From contig OX597820.1 in assembly GCA_951406725.2 (NCBI GenBank), forward strand, positions 58,466,001 to 58,530,000: a stretch of 64,000 nt of DNA, in the 5' to 3' direction. Made by a program: the position numbers and the translations under genes. Positions 38,233 through 50,920 of this stretch are shown piece by piece (the first letter of the stretch is position 1; each line of letters opens with the position of its first letter). Under the pieces are notes generated by a model, which was not told where the DNA came from, did not search any database, and saw nothing but the letters and a program-made list of their open reading frames with translations. The DNA comes from Octopus vulgaris. Taxonomy: Eukaryota.

Positions 38233-38359
38233 ATCTCCGAAGAGGCCTTAAGATATCTTTGTAAATGTCTTAATTTTAACTTCATATTGGCATACTGTAC
38301 ATGGCTAATATAGGTAAAATGAGACATATTTATCTGCATGGCCGAAACAGCTGTAGGAT
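38233..38359 (+). ncRNA. Type I hammerhead ribozyme motif (Penelope-type, U4C variant, long loop II)
   Basis: ATCT-CCGAAGA-GGCC-(92 nt)-GGCC-GAAAC-AGCT-GTA-GGAT. Stems I/II/III pair, and stem III is the palindromic ACAGCTGT. Confidence 0.65.
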
Positions 38360-38679
38360 ATAGCGTATACTTATATTTATATCTATTTATATTTATTTAT
38401 TTATACCCTCTTATAATGATTGTACTTTTTGTATTGTATTACTCATTCATGTACGCTGTTTTGTTATATATTTTTATGTTTAACCCTAATGTTCTTATGT
38501 AGTGGTTTAATAAAGTATATGATTGGGTATTATCTGGTAGTTGATGAATGATTTAGATGTATTTCTCCATTTTCTTATTTTGTATTATGAAACTGATAAA
38601 TATACTTAAGTTTTTTAGATAATACTACAAAACCTAGAAAGATAGTAATCATTGGACATATAATGATGAAGCAAAAATA

Positions 38680-39075
38680 TCTAACGACTTTAGTTAACAT
38701 ACATAACTGCATAGAATGCCTTAATCCACAAAAATCATTTGTGACCTTGAAGAATCACAAAGACTTCACTCAGAACCTTAATTGCAGATTAATTCTATGA
38801 AAAGCAAGCTAAGCATTGTAAGTAAAAGAATACTAGACTCTATCTTCTTGCATATTAGATCAGCCTCTAAATTAACCCAATGGGTATGTCACAGTGTCAC
38901 CATTGAATGTTTCACCTGTATAACTGACAAAATCAATTGTAGATTTACAGTTTGCCATAGTAATTTTCTAACCATTGATTTCAAAATACTTGCTTCTACA
39001 AACACAAGAGTTCTGCAAGCTATAAGCAACAATCAACATAAATGTAATAATAAATGCCAGAAAATTGCTATTTTA
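38680..39075 (+). mobile_element. Penelope-like element reverse transcriptase fragment
   Basis: SFVTLKNHKDFTQNLNCRL(fs)INSMKSKLSIVSKRILD...TQW resembles the PLE RT motif FITLKDHKxNF...CRLINPxKSExGxxSKxILD...NQW. It lies just downstream of the hammerhead-bearing AT-rich pLTR-like region. Confidence 0.7.
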
Positions 39076-39786
39076 CACTGATTCCTAACGGGTGAAGACA
39101 ATGGCAAAGACCTCTTCAATTTATCCATGAGCAGCTTAGAGCAGAAATGCTGGAATTGTAGGCCTGTTGATTTTAAACAGACTCAAAAACTGAATAGTGG
39201 GCAACACGTCTGTTGTAAGGATTATGGAATATGAATAACAGATAATAGAAAAGGACAATAATGACAAGAGTAATGATGAAAAAAAAAAACAATTAGAATA
39301 ATCCAACAATTAAAAACCTTTTTTAAAATCACAAAACCATAAAGTCTGTGAGTGACTTTATACTTAGCAGTCAAGTAGCCTCTCTGTGGATATGGTTCAG
39401 AATATGTTTGTGTAACAGGAACACTGTCCCACATGAGGGAGAAATGTTCTACTGTGAGCATCATTTGAGCTTTGTAGAGTATCAGCAATTCGGGGGGTTG
39501 AAATATTTTCTAGCTCTGAAAAGAAGTGTAAGTCTTTGTGATGTTGTCTTAGGTAAGCAAAAAATGTACTTTCTCCAAGGAGAGATCATTGGTGATAGTG
39601 AGCTTTAGGATTTACAGCAATCATGAAGGTTCTAGCTAGGTGCACAACAAGGTAGTTAGCTACGGTACTTGGCTGCAAATCTAAAATATCCAATGGGTTT
39701 TGAAGTGGTAGTGAGGCGAGGTAGAAACCCTATAGCGTGTCGAGCTAGACGAGACACAAGTTCGTCAACAGTTAAGTGTCCATCTA

Positions 39787-40353
39787 GGATCTTTTCCTTT
39801 TGAACGGCACATGTCAACACAATTTCTAGTTAACTAAACACTTTAAAACTTCGTATACTGGTAGAATGTGTCGATATAAAACATTTCTTTCTCTTGGCTT
39901 TCTTGAGAAAATTGTAATTTGTTTGTTTAACGGAAAGCGAGTGTATAAAATTATAGAATTATTTTGTTTGTTAATTGCTTAAACTATTTTCCATTGCTTT
40001 CGTTTTAGCCTTTCGTTTTTTTTTTCTTAATTGTTATCCTTAAATTAATTTAACAATTAAGAAAAAAAAAATTTAGGGTTAGGGTTACGGTGAGGTTGAG
40101 GGTGAGGGTTAGGGTTTGTGACAGGATTTTGTCTCAGTTTTAGACGCAGCAAATGATTTTAGCTCACTAGAAGCGATTCATTGGTTAAAATTCGAAAAAT
40201 TAAACTACGTTAAACAAACAAATTACAATTTTCTCAAGAAAGCCAAGAGAAGAAAATGTTTTATTTTGACACATTCTACCAGTATACGAAGTTTTAAAGT
40301 GTTTAGTTAACTAGAAATTGTGTTGACATGTGCCGTTCAAAAGGAAAAGATGC
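39787..40353. mobile_element. MITE with ~146-bp TIRs and internal telomere-like hexamers
   Basis: 39787-39932 is a near-perfect inverted copy of 40208-40353. TTAGGG-type repeats at 40073-40114. Confidence 0.9.
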
Positions 40354-40436
<83 letters not shown>

Positions 40437-40554
40437 GGATGGATGGATGGATGGATGGATGGATAGATGGATGGATGGATAGATGGATGGATAGATGGAT
40501 GGATGGATGGATAGATGGATATATGGATGGATGGATGGACGGACGGACGGACGG
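40354..40554. repeat. Compound (GATA)n-(GGAT)n-(GGAC)n microsatellite
   Basis: Seen directly. Confidence 0.95.
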
Positions 40555-43233
40555 AAGCAGACACAAACACACATACGCATGCATACACAAACACACACAC
40601 ACACACGTAATTTGTACATACGTACGTGTTCATGCATGCACGTGTAAGTGTTTTAGTATAACGTTGGTGAAAAAAAAGACATTTGCAGCAAACTTAACAT
40701 GTACTGCTAAAGTCGAAGAGCTCGTTAATTAAGACGAAGTCTGCAAAATTTTTTTTGTTGTTTAAACTATTTATAGAACTCTAATAATAAATTCCATGAA
40801 ACCTGCATATCAAGCTATGTTTACATCTGTCAAACAATTTTATTTATTTCCCTTTTACTTTGCGATGCTGAACAGAGTTCTTTGCCCTCGTTCCCATCAC
40901 ACTCGTTTTACAATAATAATACAATTAGTCATTTCTTTGTTTTTCACATATTCTACGTTTCTTTCCAAATAGTAGGCTACGAAAGCAAAGTTGCTTGTTT
41001 AGTCGATTAGTTATGTGCCTATCAAGATGTATCACTTAGTTTCTTCTTTACTATCGTTTAATGTCAAGAATATTTTTGTAAATGTTTTGCATGACAATGA
41101 CTTCTTGACATTTCTGCATCTGTCACATCTAACTATATTGAATAGCGAAGAGAAATATTAGAAAACAGTAAGTTGTGCACATATATCTCTAATCATGAAC
41201 AACTTGAGATTAATTGCATTGATTATTTTTACATACGATGAGAAAACTTTAAAAATAGTCTCCTAAGTCTGTGAAATTTCTATTTCTGTTGTTATCCACC
41301 GAAAATATTTTCAAACAAATTCTTCGAGAGGCATAAATCAATGTGCGCTACACGGTTTTGCTTGTCGCGCATCACTTAATAATTTCGTTTTCCATGTATC
41401 ACTTAGCAATTTCGCTTTTTACATTTGTTGTTCAACTACACTACACGTAAAAAAGATATAACATTACAGTTTTAAGAAAATATGACTTGTTCAGAGTTGG
41501 AAGGTCATCGATCATGACCATTTTTGTTTCCGAAAGAGAGTGGTAATAGGTTATCCGACCAGAGATTTGGCTCGTATGCTTACAGCAGAGTTCGTCCGAT
41601 AAAAGCATCCAAGAGCCATGTTATGGTGTTTAACTATTCCAGGGGTTAAATACTGCTCAAGAGTAGGAACAATCGCTTCTTTTATATTCTATATTTTGCT
41701 GTCTACGCCTTTTCTCTCTCCGAACTTTGGTGGCACTCGGCTAGTTATAGAAAAGGCTTGTCCAAAATGCTGCATAGAGGGATTGAACCCGAAACCACAC
41801 AGCTGATTGTAAAGTAACAAAATATAAAGAACAGACCCCACCTCCATCCTATTCTTGAAACATTCAAATCAGTAAGTAAAATAAATAAATTAGAGAAATA
41901 ACTTCAATAATATATTTTTAAGTGAAAGCACGATAGCTTTGACGATGTCTTTGTGACAGGCTAAGTTCTTTGGTGTTTATTCTTCGTTTCCTCACAATTG
42001 ATTTTGAAGAAATTGTTAGGTCAGGTGCGAAACTGGCACCAATATCGAACGTGGAACCTCGTGATTGCAAAGCGATCAAACTCATTTTTATGCTCAAAAT
42101 ATTAGTCAACGTAGAATTAGTTAAAGGCGATCTTTTGAATTCAGTACTCCACTTCCACTTTATCGATTAACAGATGTTTGGCGGTCGGCGAAGATTGTCT
42201 CTTTCTTCTCATATTCTACCTGGCAACTTCGATACCTTATTCATGAATTAAATTCAGTACTCTATTTATTTCATCATTTTATCATTTTAGTGTGAATTCT
42301 CTGGAGACTGTATCAGATTGTTTAGAATTGATTATGATGGAATATAAATTTTGGCAAAGTTACTGAATACCATTCCGTTCCCACTTTGTCAAAAGAACTT
42401 TTAACTTGACCTAGATCATTCCATATTGCCTGTCACTTCTGATGCTGCTTTGTCGCGACCTTTAGCTTTCAGTTCAGTCAATCTTTATCTCCCCATATGT
42501 CTTATGGCAACTAATTTTCTTTCAGTCTACGTCGACCAAATCCACCCAGGTTTTGGTCAGCCCGAGTTATAGGAAAAGACACTTCTCCAAGGATCTTATG
42601 TAAAAGGGTCTCGGTCAGTTTCAATGATATTGTTTGTTGTCAGGGAATATTTTGGGTTGCAGTTGGAGTTGTTTTTTTTTTTATTATTATCATTATTATT
42701 ATTATTTTTTTTTTTTTTTTTTGAAGGATGTTATTGTATCAGATAATTTAAAATTGTTTCTGTTCTTCATTGCTGAGTTATTTAAGATATGAGAGTGAGT
42801 GAAGATAAAATAAATTTAAATTATTCATTTAATGAATGATATCAATAATAATAATAATAATAATGCTGTAGTAGTAATCATTTTAAACAAATGAAAATAA
42901 TATTTTTAGAGCAATAATTAGTGCTGTCCTTGCTGCCACTAGTGTCAAAGTTGCCCCTAGCTGCTAAGTGACAGAAGGGTAGTCCTAAGTTCAGTTCTAC
43001 AGCAACAAATAAAAATAAACATTCGAAAGAAATTCAGTTCATTTTTGTATCTTTGGGTGTTCAGTTTTCTGTTTCTTTTGTATAGATTTTACCTGTCTTC
43101 AAATTAGATAAAAATAAATACTGTTGTTTAGCCCCAGGTCACCAGCTGCCAAACCTTCCTTGTTAATTAATAGAACCACTATATTTGAAAACCTGGTAGA
43201 CAGGTGTCTACTGTTACCTGTATATCAGGTAAC

Positions 43234-43467
43234 AAGGCGGTGAGCTGGCAGAAACATTAGCACGCCGGGTGAAATGCGTAGCCGTATTTCGTCTGTCGTT
43301 ACGTTCTGAGTTCAAATTCCGCCGAGGTCGACTTTGCCTTTCATCCTTTCGGAGTCGATAAATTAAGTACCAGTTACGCAGTGGTGTCGATATAATCGAC
43401 TTAATCCATTTGTCTGTCCTTGTTTGTTCCCCTCTGTGGTTAGCCCCTTGTGGGTAGTAAAGAAATA
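43234..43467 (+). mobile_element. Full-length AAGGCGG.GAGCTGGCAGAA-family SINE
   Basis: Near-identical to 28792-29024. TGTATATCAG at 43219-43228 and 43468-43477. Confidence 0.9.
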
Positions 43468-44149
43468 TGTATATCAGTATAGAGCTTCAGTGACATGTTG
43501 AAAATGAGAAGATCTCTGATAGCTGGAAGTTTACAAAGGGCCATAATACTTTTATAAAATAGTTTTGTTGATATCAACATTGCTGCACTACAATCATTGA
43601 CATATCTCAGATAAGCCTTCTTTCTACTTTTACCATATATTGCAAAGATGGAGATTTGATAGACCACACAACCTCGATGATTGTTTTCATTTAAATATTA
43701 AGATATTACAGTTTCATCCAACTGCATTCCACCATTTTCACTTTATCTTTGCTAAACTGAGGATGTATATTCACTAGGAGATACCCTCATTGATAGTGAA
43801 GGATTGGATTTGTAGCTGCTTTGAAGGTTTTTTTGTTGCATACCCTTAATGTTTTGAGAGATAGGTTATATTATTGTTATGTTGTTGTATGTAGTGGTTG
43901 AGTTCTTGTGCTGTTGAAAGAGATGTTTTAGAGGTTGGTGTTTCAATATCCCTTATATCTTACAATACTGTTTCATTGTTTCAGGGTATTGCTCACCTTT
44001 GATTCACCAAGAAATTAATAAAGGATAGGAAAGACTGAAGAATAATCTTATCAAGATGACATGTAATGTCAGTTGCATAACTTTGATATAATTTATGAAA
44101 TTACGAAGAAAAGAATTAAAGCTGTAGTTTATGACCACCAAACAGCAAT

Positions 44150-46162
44150 ATGGAGGAGACATCTGAGAGTCAGATTCATGATGAAGGAAAATCTGAGAAA
44201 AAAAATATATCTCATAAGACACAGTTAAATACACCAAAGAAATTCTACACCTGTGATATATGTTTACTGATATTCTCTGATATTGACAGTTTGACTAATC
44301 ACAAAAATATCCATGCAGATAAAAAACCATTCCTGTGTAGTGTGTGTGGTAAAACCTTCTCTGAGAGTTCAAAATTAACTCGTCATAAATGCACACACAC
44401 AGGTGAGAAACCATACCACTGTGATATTTGTGGTAAGACCTTTTCACAGAAAACTAATTTAACTCGTCACAAACATGTGCACTCAGAAACAAAACCATGC
44501 CAATGTGATGTCTGTGGAAAAACTTTCTCAACAACTGGAAATTTAGCTTCTCATAAATGTATTCAATCAGAAGAGAAATCATTCACTTGTGATGTCTGTG
44601 GGAAAACCTTTTCTAAAAGTAAAATATTAACCATCCATAAACGTATTCACATGGATGAGAAGCCATACCAGTGTGATGTCTGTGGTAAATCATTCTCCCA
44701 AAGTGGGTATTTAACTTACCATAAGCTTATTCACACAGGAGAGAAACCATACCACTGTGATATTTGTACTAAAACATTTTCTCGAAATGATTATTTGAAA
44801 CGTCACGTACGTGTTCATACTGGGGAAAAACCATATGAATGTGATATCTGTGGAAAAACATTCTCTGGAAGTGGAAATCTAACATGTCATAAACGTATAC
44901 ATACAGGTAGTAAACCATACCATTGTGATACCTGTGATAAATCATTTTCAACAACTGGAAGTTTAACTTCTCATAAACGTATTCATTCAGGTGAGAAACC
45001 ATACCAGTGTGAAATTTGTTTGAAGTCATTCTCTCAAAATGGACAGTTAACTAATCACCGAAGTGTTCACACAGGTGAGAAACCATACCACTGTGATGTC
45101 TGTGGCAAAAGATTTTCTATAAGTGGTGATTTATCTCGTCACAAACGTATTCACACAGGTGACAAACCATACCAATGTGATATCTGCCGTAAAAGGTTCA
45201 GTGCAAGTGAAAATTTAACTACTCATAAACGTATTCACATAGGTAAGAAACTATACCAGTGTGATGTCTGTGGTAAAATATTTGCAAGGAGGAGGTATTT
45301 AATAATTCATAAACGTATTCATACTGGTGAGAAACCATACCATTGTGCTATTTGTAGTAAAACATTCTCTCGAAAGGAATATTTAACACTTCACAAATGT
45401 ATTCATTCAGGGGAAAAACCATATCAGTATAATATCTATGATAAGGCACTGACAGGGAATTCTGAATTGACTTACCTCAAGCAGCTTACCACAGATGATA
45501 AATCATACCCTTGTAATATCTGTGGTAAAACATTCACGCATAATTTGGTGTTAGCTATTCATAAACGTATTCACACAGGTGAGAAACCATACCACTGTGA
45601 TATATGTGGTAAATCATTTTCAATGAGTGGAAATTTATCTTCTCATAAACTTACCCATTCAGATAAAGAGCCATATGGGTGTGACAAGTGCGGTAAAACA
45701 TTTTCTGAAAATGATCTTTTAATTAATCATCGAAGTAAGCATGCAAGTGAGAATCTACGTCGTTGTGATAAAACATTTTCTCAGACTGAAGAGTTAACTC
45801 CTTGCAAACGGACTCACATTAATGAAAAACCTTACCACTGTGATAGTTCTGATAAAGAGTTCACTGTAAGTGAAAATTTAACTTCTCACAAAAACATTTA
45901 CACAGGTGAACAACTACATCAGTGTAATATCTGTGGTAAAGTATTTGCACAGAAAAGAAACTTAATTAGACACAGATATATCCACGGCAGTGGTAAGATG
46001 TACCATTGCAATATATGCGGCAAGAAATTCACTCGAAATGAGTATTTGACACTTCACAAACGAATTCACACAGGAGAAAAACCATATCAGTGTGATATCT
46101 GTGGCAAAGCATTCACAATGAAGAAGAGTTTAACTAGTCATAAACAAGTTCACTCAATATAA
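44150..46162 (+). CDS. Tandem C2H2 zinc-finger protein, 670 aa, single coding exon (23 repeats: 19 canonical, 4 degenerate)
   Basis: Uninterrupted ORF of CxxC-x12-HxxxH units with TGEKPY linkers after a short N-terminus with no recognisable effector domain. Candidate acceptor TTTCAG ending at 43984 suggests a 5' UTR intron. Confidence 0.95.
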   Translation: MEETSESQIHDEGKSEKKNISHKTQLNTPKKFYTCDICLLIFSDIDSLTNHKNIHADKKPFLCSVCGKTFSESSKLTRHKCTHTGEKPYHCDICGKTFSQKTNLTRHKHVHSETKPCQCDVCGKTFSTTGNLASHKCIQSEEKSFTCDVCGKTFSKSKILTIHKRIHMDEKPYQCDVCGKSFSQSGYLTYHKLIHTGEKPYHCDICTKTFSRNDYLKRHVRVHTGEKPYECDICGKTFSGSGNLTCHKRIHTGSKPYHCDTCDKSFSTTGSLTSHKRIHSGEKPYQCEICLKSFSQNGQLTNHRSVHTGEKPYHCDVCGKRFSISGDLSRHKRIHTGDKPYQCDICRKRFSASENLTTHKRIHIGKKLYQCDVCGKIFARRRYLIIHKRIHTGEKPYHCAICSKTFSRKEYLTLHKCIHSGEKPYQYNIYDKALTGNSELTYLKQLTTDDKSYPCNICGKTFTHNLVLAIHKRIHTGEKPYHCDICGKSFSMSGNLSSHKLTHSDKEPYGCDKCGKTFSENDLLINHRSKHASENLRRCDKTFSQTEELTPCKRTHINEKPYHCDSSDKEFTVSENLTSHKNIYTGEQLHQCNICGKVFAQKRNLIRHRYIHGSGKMYHCNICGKKFTRNEYLTLHKRIHTGEKPYQCDICGKAFTMKKSLTSHKQVHSI

Positions 46163-47857
46163 AAACTAATGGATGGATGCAAACATGGTCATGTGGTTGG
46201 CTTCACAATCACACGGTTGTGATTTTAATTACACCGATTGGTACATTAAGCAAGTGTTTCCTGTCATAGTTTCAGGCTGATCGTAGTGCAGGAGTTTGTT
46301 GAGTGGATTGTATCTGTTGTTGGGTGGTACATTTAGTCCATTGCTTAATTGAGCATTATCACCAGGTTCTTGGGTGTCTTTAGAGGGGACCATTTTTTAA
46401 AAAAAGAATTCAGACAAGGTCATCAGGTATCATGATTCCTGTTCCTCTTTCCCATATAAGTCTACACTTCCTCTTCAGACAAGCCATAAAGTCATATCTT
46501 ATTATAATGATGATTATATCTTGATATGTATATACATGACTAAAAAGAAATCTTCTATCACCTTTGCTAATTAAGTCAGGTTATAGAGATTTCAATTAGT
46601 AATAATTTCAAAAGCAAAACTTCTACATGCTGCAACACAAGATTCAACTAGGAGCTATCAGATCTTCAGTCTAACACTCTCTTTACTGAGTTATTTCAAG
46701 TATATGCAAATGGCTTCATAACTTATATAGAAATATATTTACTGTCATTAAAATGGGAATGTTTTCTTAAAGTATAGCAAAGAAAATACATTAATGGGTA
46801 GAGAAAGAACTCATTGCCAATTAACAAGTAATTAAAGGTACAAGAAGTTTGTTGTATTTTTATACAATGTTACATGTTTTTGATTTGAAATGTGAAATAT
46901 ATACCAGAAAACTGCTTGAGGTTTTGGTGGGGTTGACACAATGAAAACACTTGTTACATAATTAATCACAATCCTATAAAAGTAATTATTGGAATTCATA
47001 TAAAATGTTGCAAAATTTGTGAAAATTATATTTATAAGTGTTTTCAAAACACTTTAGTAGCATTATTTTGAGAAAACTGTATCTTTCCAGTAGCTGAAAG
47101 TCCGCCCCTCAAACTGAGAGCTTTTCTTTTTTTTTTTTTTTCATTAACTCTGTTTTAGAACCCACCATAACATTGTATTTAAGCTGAATGTAACAGTTTA
47201 TGTATCATTATAATCATTAACATGGTCGTATCGTTGTGTAATGTTGAAATTTGTAATTGGGCTATATATAAAATAAAATGTGTTTTATAAAAAAATGTGT
47301 CAATATTTGAAAATATATATTTGCTTGACTGTTCACTTGAAATACAGAAGCAGACGAGAAGAGAAAAAAAACATTTCTATGAGATATTTCTACAGTAATA
47401 GTTATTTGAATTTTAAAAGATGATACTTTTATGTACCTGAATTTTATCTCTCCAGAAATATTGTTTTAAAATATGAAATGGTAAAAGATAGAACAAATCA
47501 GCAATACAATGTAAAGGAGAAGGAATAAATAAAAATATATTAAATTGCTTGAAAATACAATGAATGTATCACATGTTTGTTTTGTATTTAAAAAAAAGGT
47601 ACAATTTTAAATTTATTCCTTAAATTTTGACTCTATAGAAGATGTAACCAACTGTAAGCTTTTCTCTTGTTTGAATATCTGAATGAAATTATAATTTATG
47701 TATTGTTGGTGGCACAAACCTTTTATGTCTAGATGGTATTGCACCAGTAATGTATTATCTACTAATAGATAGAAAACTTATGTGTAGCCTAGTGGTCAAG
47801 GTGTTGGATTCCTGATGTGACGTTGTCTGAATTCTCTGAGTACCATATTGTATAATA

Positions 47858-48105
47858 AAAATAAATAAATGCACCCTTTTAAAGCCTAGCCAGGTTCATG
47901 GGCCCGGTTTCAATGGCATATGTGTTCCCCAGCTGGACGGGACGCCAGCCCATCGCAGCTTTACTCATTTTTGCCAGCTGGGTGGACTGGAGCAACGTGA
48001 AATGAAGTGTTTTGCTCAAGAACACAACGCGTCGCCCAGTCCAGGAATCGAAACCACCATCTTACGATCATGATGCTGACAGCTTAACCACTAAGCCACA
48101 TGCCT
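47858..48105 (-). mobile_element. tRNA-derived SINE sharing its 3' tail with 28076-28390
   Basis: The reverse complement contains GGCGTCCCGTCCAGCTGGGG...CCGGGCCCATGA.CCTGGCTAGGCTT.AAAAGGG and a TGGCTTAGTGGTTA head. Confidence 0.8.
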
Positions 48106-49003
48106 CTACTATACCATATTGTATACTTGAGCAAAATATTTTTCATATTGCATCTGTCAACTCAGCTGGAAATGTGTGCCAGCAAAAGCTGGGAGTAACC
48201 CAGCCTTGTGACAAATTTGCATCTTGGTCATTGAGATGTATTGCACTCAGGGTTGCTCATACTATATGGAAACTTGAAGAAGGTCCGTCTCTAATGATCC
48301 TATAGGCTAATGTCAGACCTATTTCTTTTGTATCTCTCATTTTACTTGTTTTAGTCATTGGACTGCAGCCATACAGGGGCACCACCTTGAAAGGTTTCGT
48401 TGAACAAATCAAATCCTGTACATATTTTTAAGTCTGCTACTTATTCTTCCAGTCCCTTTGGCTGAACCGCTAAGCTACAAGAATGTAAACAAACCAACAC
48501 TGGTTGTCAAGCACTGGTGGGGAACAATCACAAAGACATACTCATAATTATTGTATACATATGATAGGCTTCCATAATGTTTCCATCTACCAAATTTACC
48601 CACAAGGTATTAGTCAGTCTGGAGCTGTAATAGAAGTCACTTGCTCAAGGTATTGCACACGGGGAACCTAAAGCCACATGGTTTCAAAACAGGTTTCTTA
48701 ACCACACAGCCATGCTTTCATATATATATATAAACAATTGCAGCGTGGAAGGTGTTTATAAGCCATTTAAGAAACACAAACCTTTAGATTCACTTCAACA
48801 TTTAAATTTAATTTGTCAAAATATTTTCGTCGCTTTGGGACTGCGACCTGTTCACTGACAAAACTTCGTGCAGCAATGGTTCTCGGTTCTCACACTTTTC
48901 AAAACATTTTACGTGCCAGTTTTCCCTTACAGTTTTTCTGAGAATTCACGGTCCCCAAGAAAATGCAGGATAATATACATGGTAAAAATGATACACTCAT
49001 GTA

Positions 49004-49262
49004 CCGTAATTTACGGACTATGAACTGCACTGCCCATAGACCCGCAACCCCGAAAACTACAACTTATTCCACGCAATTTCCCATTGGGATACAATAAATA
49101 CACATGAAAATATGAGGAATCAGTTGATTAATTGGTTACAAAACAAATGAGAAACGAAAACTGTCCGAAAATATCCCCAGCCTTCTGTATTAACAACTGC
49201 GTAAGACCTATTTTTGCTTATTTAGCAGACAGAAACCGCGGGTCATACATTGTAAACTACGG
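49004..49262. mobile_element. Tc1/mariner (pogo/Tigger-like) MITE
   Basis: TA-CCGTAATTTAC...GTAAACTACGG-TA. Confidence 0.65.
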
Positions 49263-49279
49263 TATATATACGTACACGA

Positions 49280-50920
49280 CAGTGGTTGTCGAACTTTTGG
49301 CATCACCTTCCCCTTTCACCATGTTTGGGATGTTAATCCTCCCTATTGTCAGGTCATTCCTCATATCCATTATCCAAGGGGTGTATTTCAACCAATTTAC
49401 CTATCTTAAGCAGAAGAATTTTAATAGCATCACAAAATGTACCGAAGTTTATGTCAATTGGACCACTGGTAATCACGGAAAACCACAATTTTAGTAGAAA
49501 CACCGTCTTCTCTTCCTCCCCTGAAAGTTTATCATCCCTTTTCCTGAATTCCTGATTCATACCATGACAATATATATATATAAAGAAATTATTTATTCAC
49601 AAAAGCAGACCATCTGTCATTTTATTTACATCAAAGTAACCAGCTTTTTTATGTTCGGCTCTGTTTTGGAGAGGGCAACTCTCATTTCTGGTGTGACATC
49701 CAGTCGATTTCGTGACTTCGTTTTGATGGCAAGGAAAGTGGAAAACGCAGTCTCACATTAATAGGTGGTTAAGAGTCATCTTTGCGACATCAGGATACGT
49801 CTGTGCCATTTCAATCCAAAAGTCAGAACAGCACATTTCACGGAAAAAGACATTTTGCACCCTCATCGCTGATCAAATCAATGAACTGCTCTTGAATTAA
49901 ATTGTCTTCTGTTGGTATACCGCTAACATAGAGCACAAAGAGATTCTTGATAAAGCGGAAGTATATGTCAAAGTCATGAAGATCAGGAAAATCAAGAGAA
50001 TATTTCTCTGCCAAGTATTGACATGTGTTGTTTCATAAGTTCGACGATACTGTCATCGACTTGAAGCTCGTTTTCATCTATAAACATGTTTAGTTGAGGA
50101 AATGATGCAAAGTTCTTCCTATCCAACTTTGGGTGCCAAAGTTCAGTCTTCATTTTGAAAGGAATTAATTTTTCATGAGAATGAAACCTGTTTATATCTT
50201 TCCCTTGCAGTCAAGGATTGACGGTATCCACTGTCTCGAATATGACCAGCAAAAATGCCAAGCAGATCAGAAAACGAACATCAGAGAATTTGGCGTGCAA
50301 ATCTGGCTTGGCATCTTGCAAAAAATCGTGGATTCCTTTCCGTAGAAGGAAGACCCTCTTTATTGTTTTTCCCCTCGAAAGCCATCTCACTTATGAGATG
50401 GCTTTCGAGTGTTTCGAATTCAAAATCACTTTCTTTGCACAACTCGGCAAACAAACGGGAGTTGAGTGCATTCGCTTTGATGAAGTTCACCATTGTAATC
50501 ACGGAATTCAGAACATTTTAAAACATACCTGGCATAGTTTTTCACTATTAGTGCTTGTCGATAAATTGTGCAGCGTGTGCCAATAGTAGTTGGGGATTTT
50601 TCTTTCACCTAAGTTTGAAAACCGGAACGGCAACCAAACATCCCCTGAGCGCCGTCGGTGCACACGCCAAAGACATGCTTCCAATTGATATCATGTGCCT
50701 TCCGATTGCTTTGGTGCTGAGGGTTTCGCAAAACAGGAATTCATCCTCCAGGTGATTATTTTGTACATAACGGACATAGACGCAAAGTTGGAAACATTCG
50801 TCGTTTCACCAAGCAGCATTGCGCAAAAATTCAAAAGTGAATTGTGAATCTTAGAGATCAACTGCGACAGAATGTTATCAGACAGCTCAGTTATTTGCCT
50901 GCTAACAGTACTGTTTGAGA
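49280..50920 (-). mobile_element. hAT (Charlie/Buster, ZBED5-like) transposase relic
   Basis: LSNSTVSRQITELSDNILSQL...ETTNVSN and VNFIKANALNSRLFAELCKE are hallmark Buster/ZBED5 motifs. A CAGTGGTT terminus-like sequence sits at 49280. Confidence 0.8.

Noticed and set aside
41100-41173. CA|GTAAGT donor at 41168 as a possible non-coding first exon of the 44150 ZNF
   Set aside because: Plausible but a single hexamer is insufficient without transcript data.
41918-42170. Overlapping short ORFs in unique-looking sequence
   Set aside because: No recognisable domain or convincing splice pair.
48808-48865. Hammerhead-like geometry on - (TTTGT..GTCGC/GCGAC-GAAAATATTTT..ACAAA)
   Set aside because: No CUGANGA box (it reads CAGUGAA) and no NUH site; at best a decayed pLTR relic.
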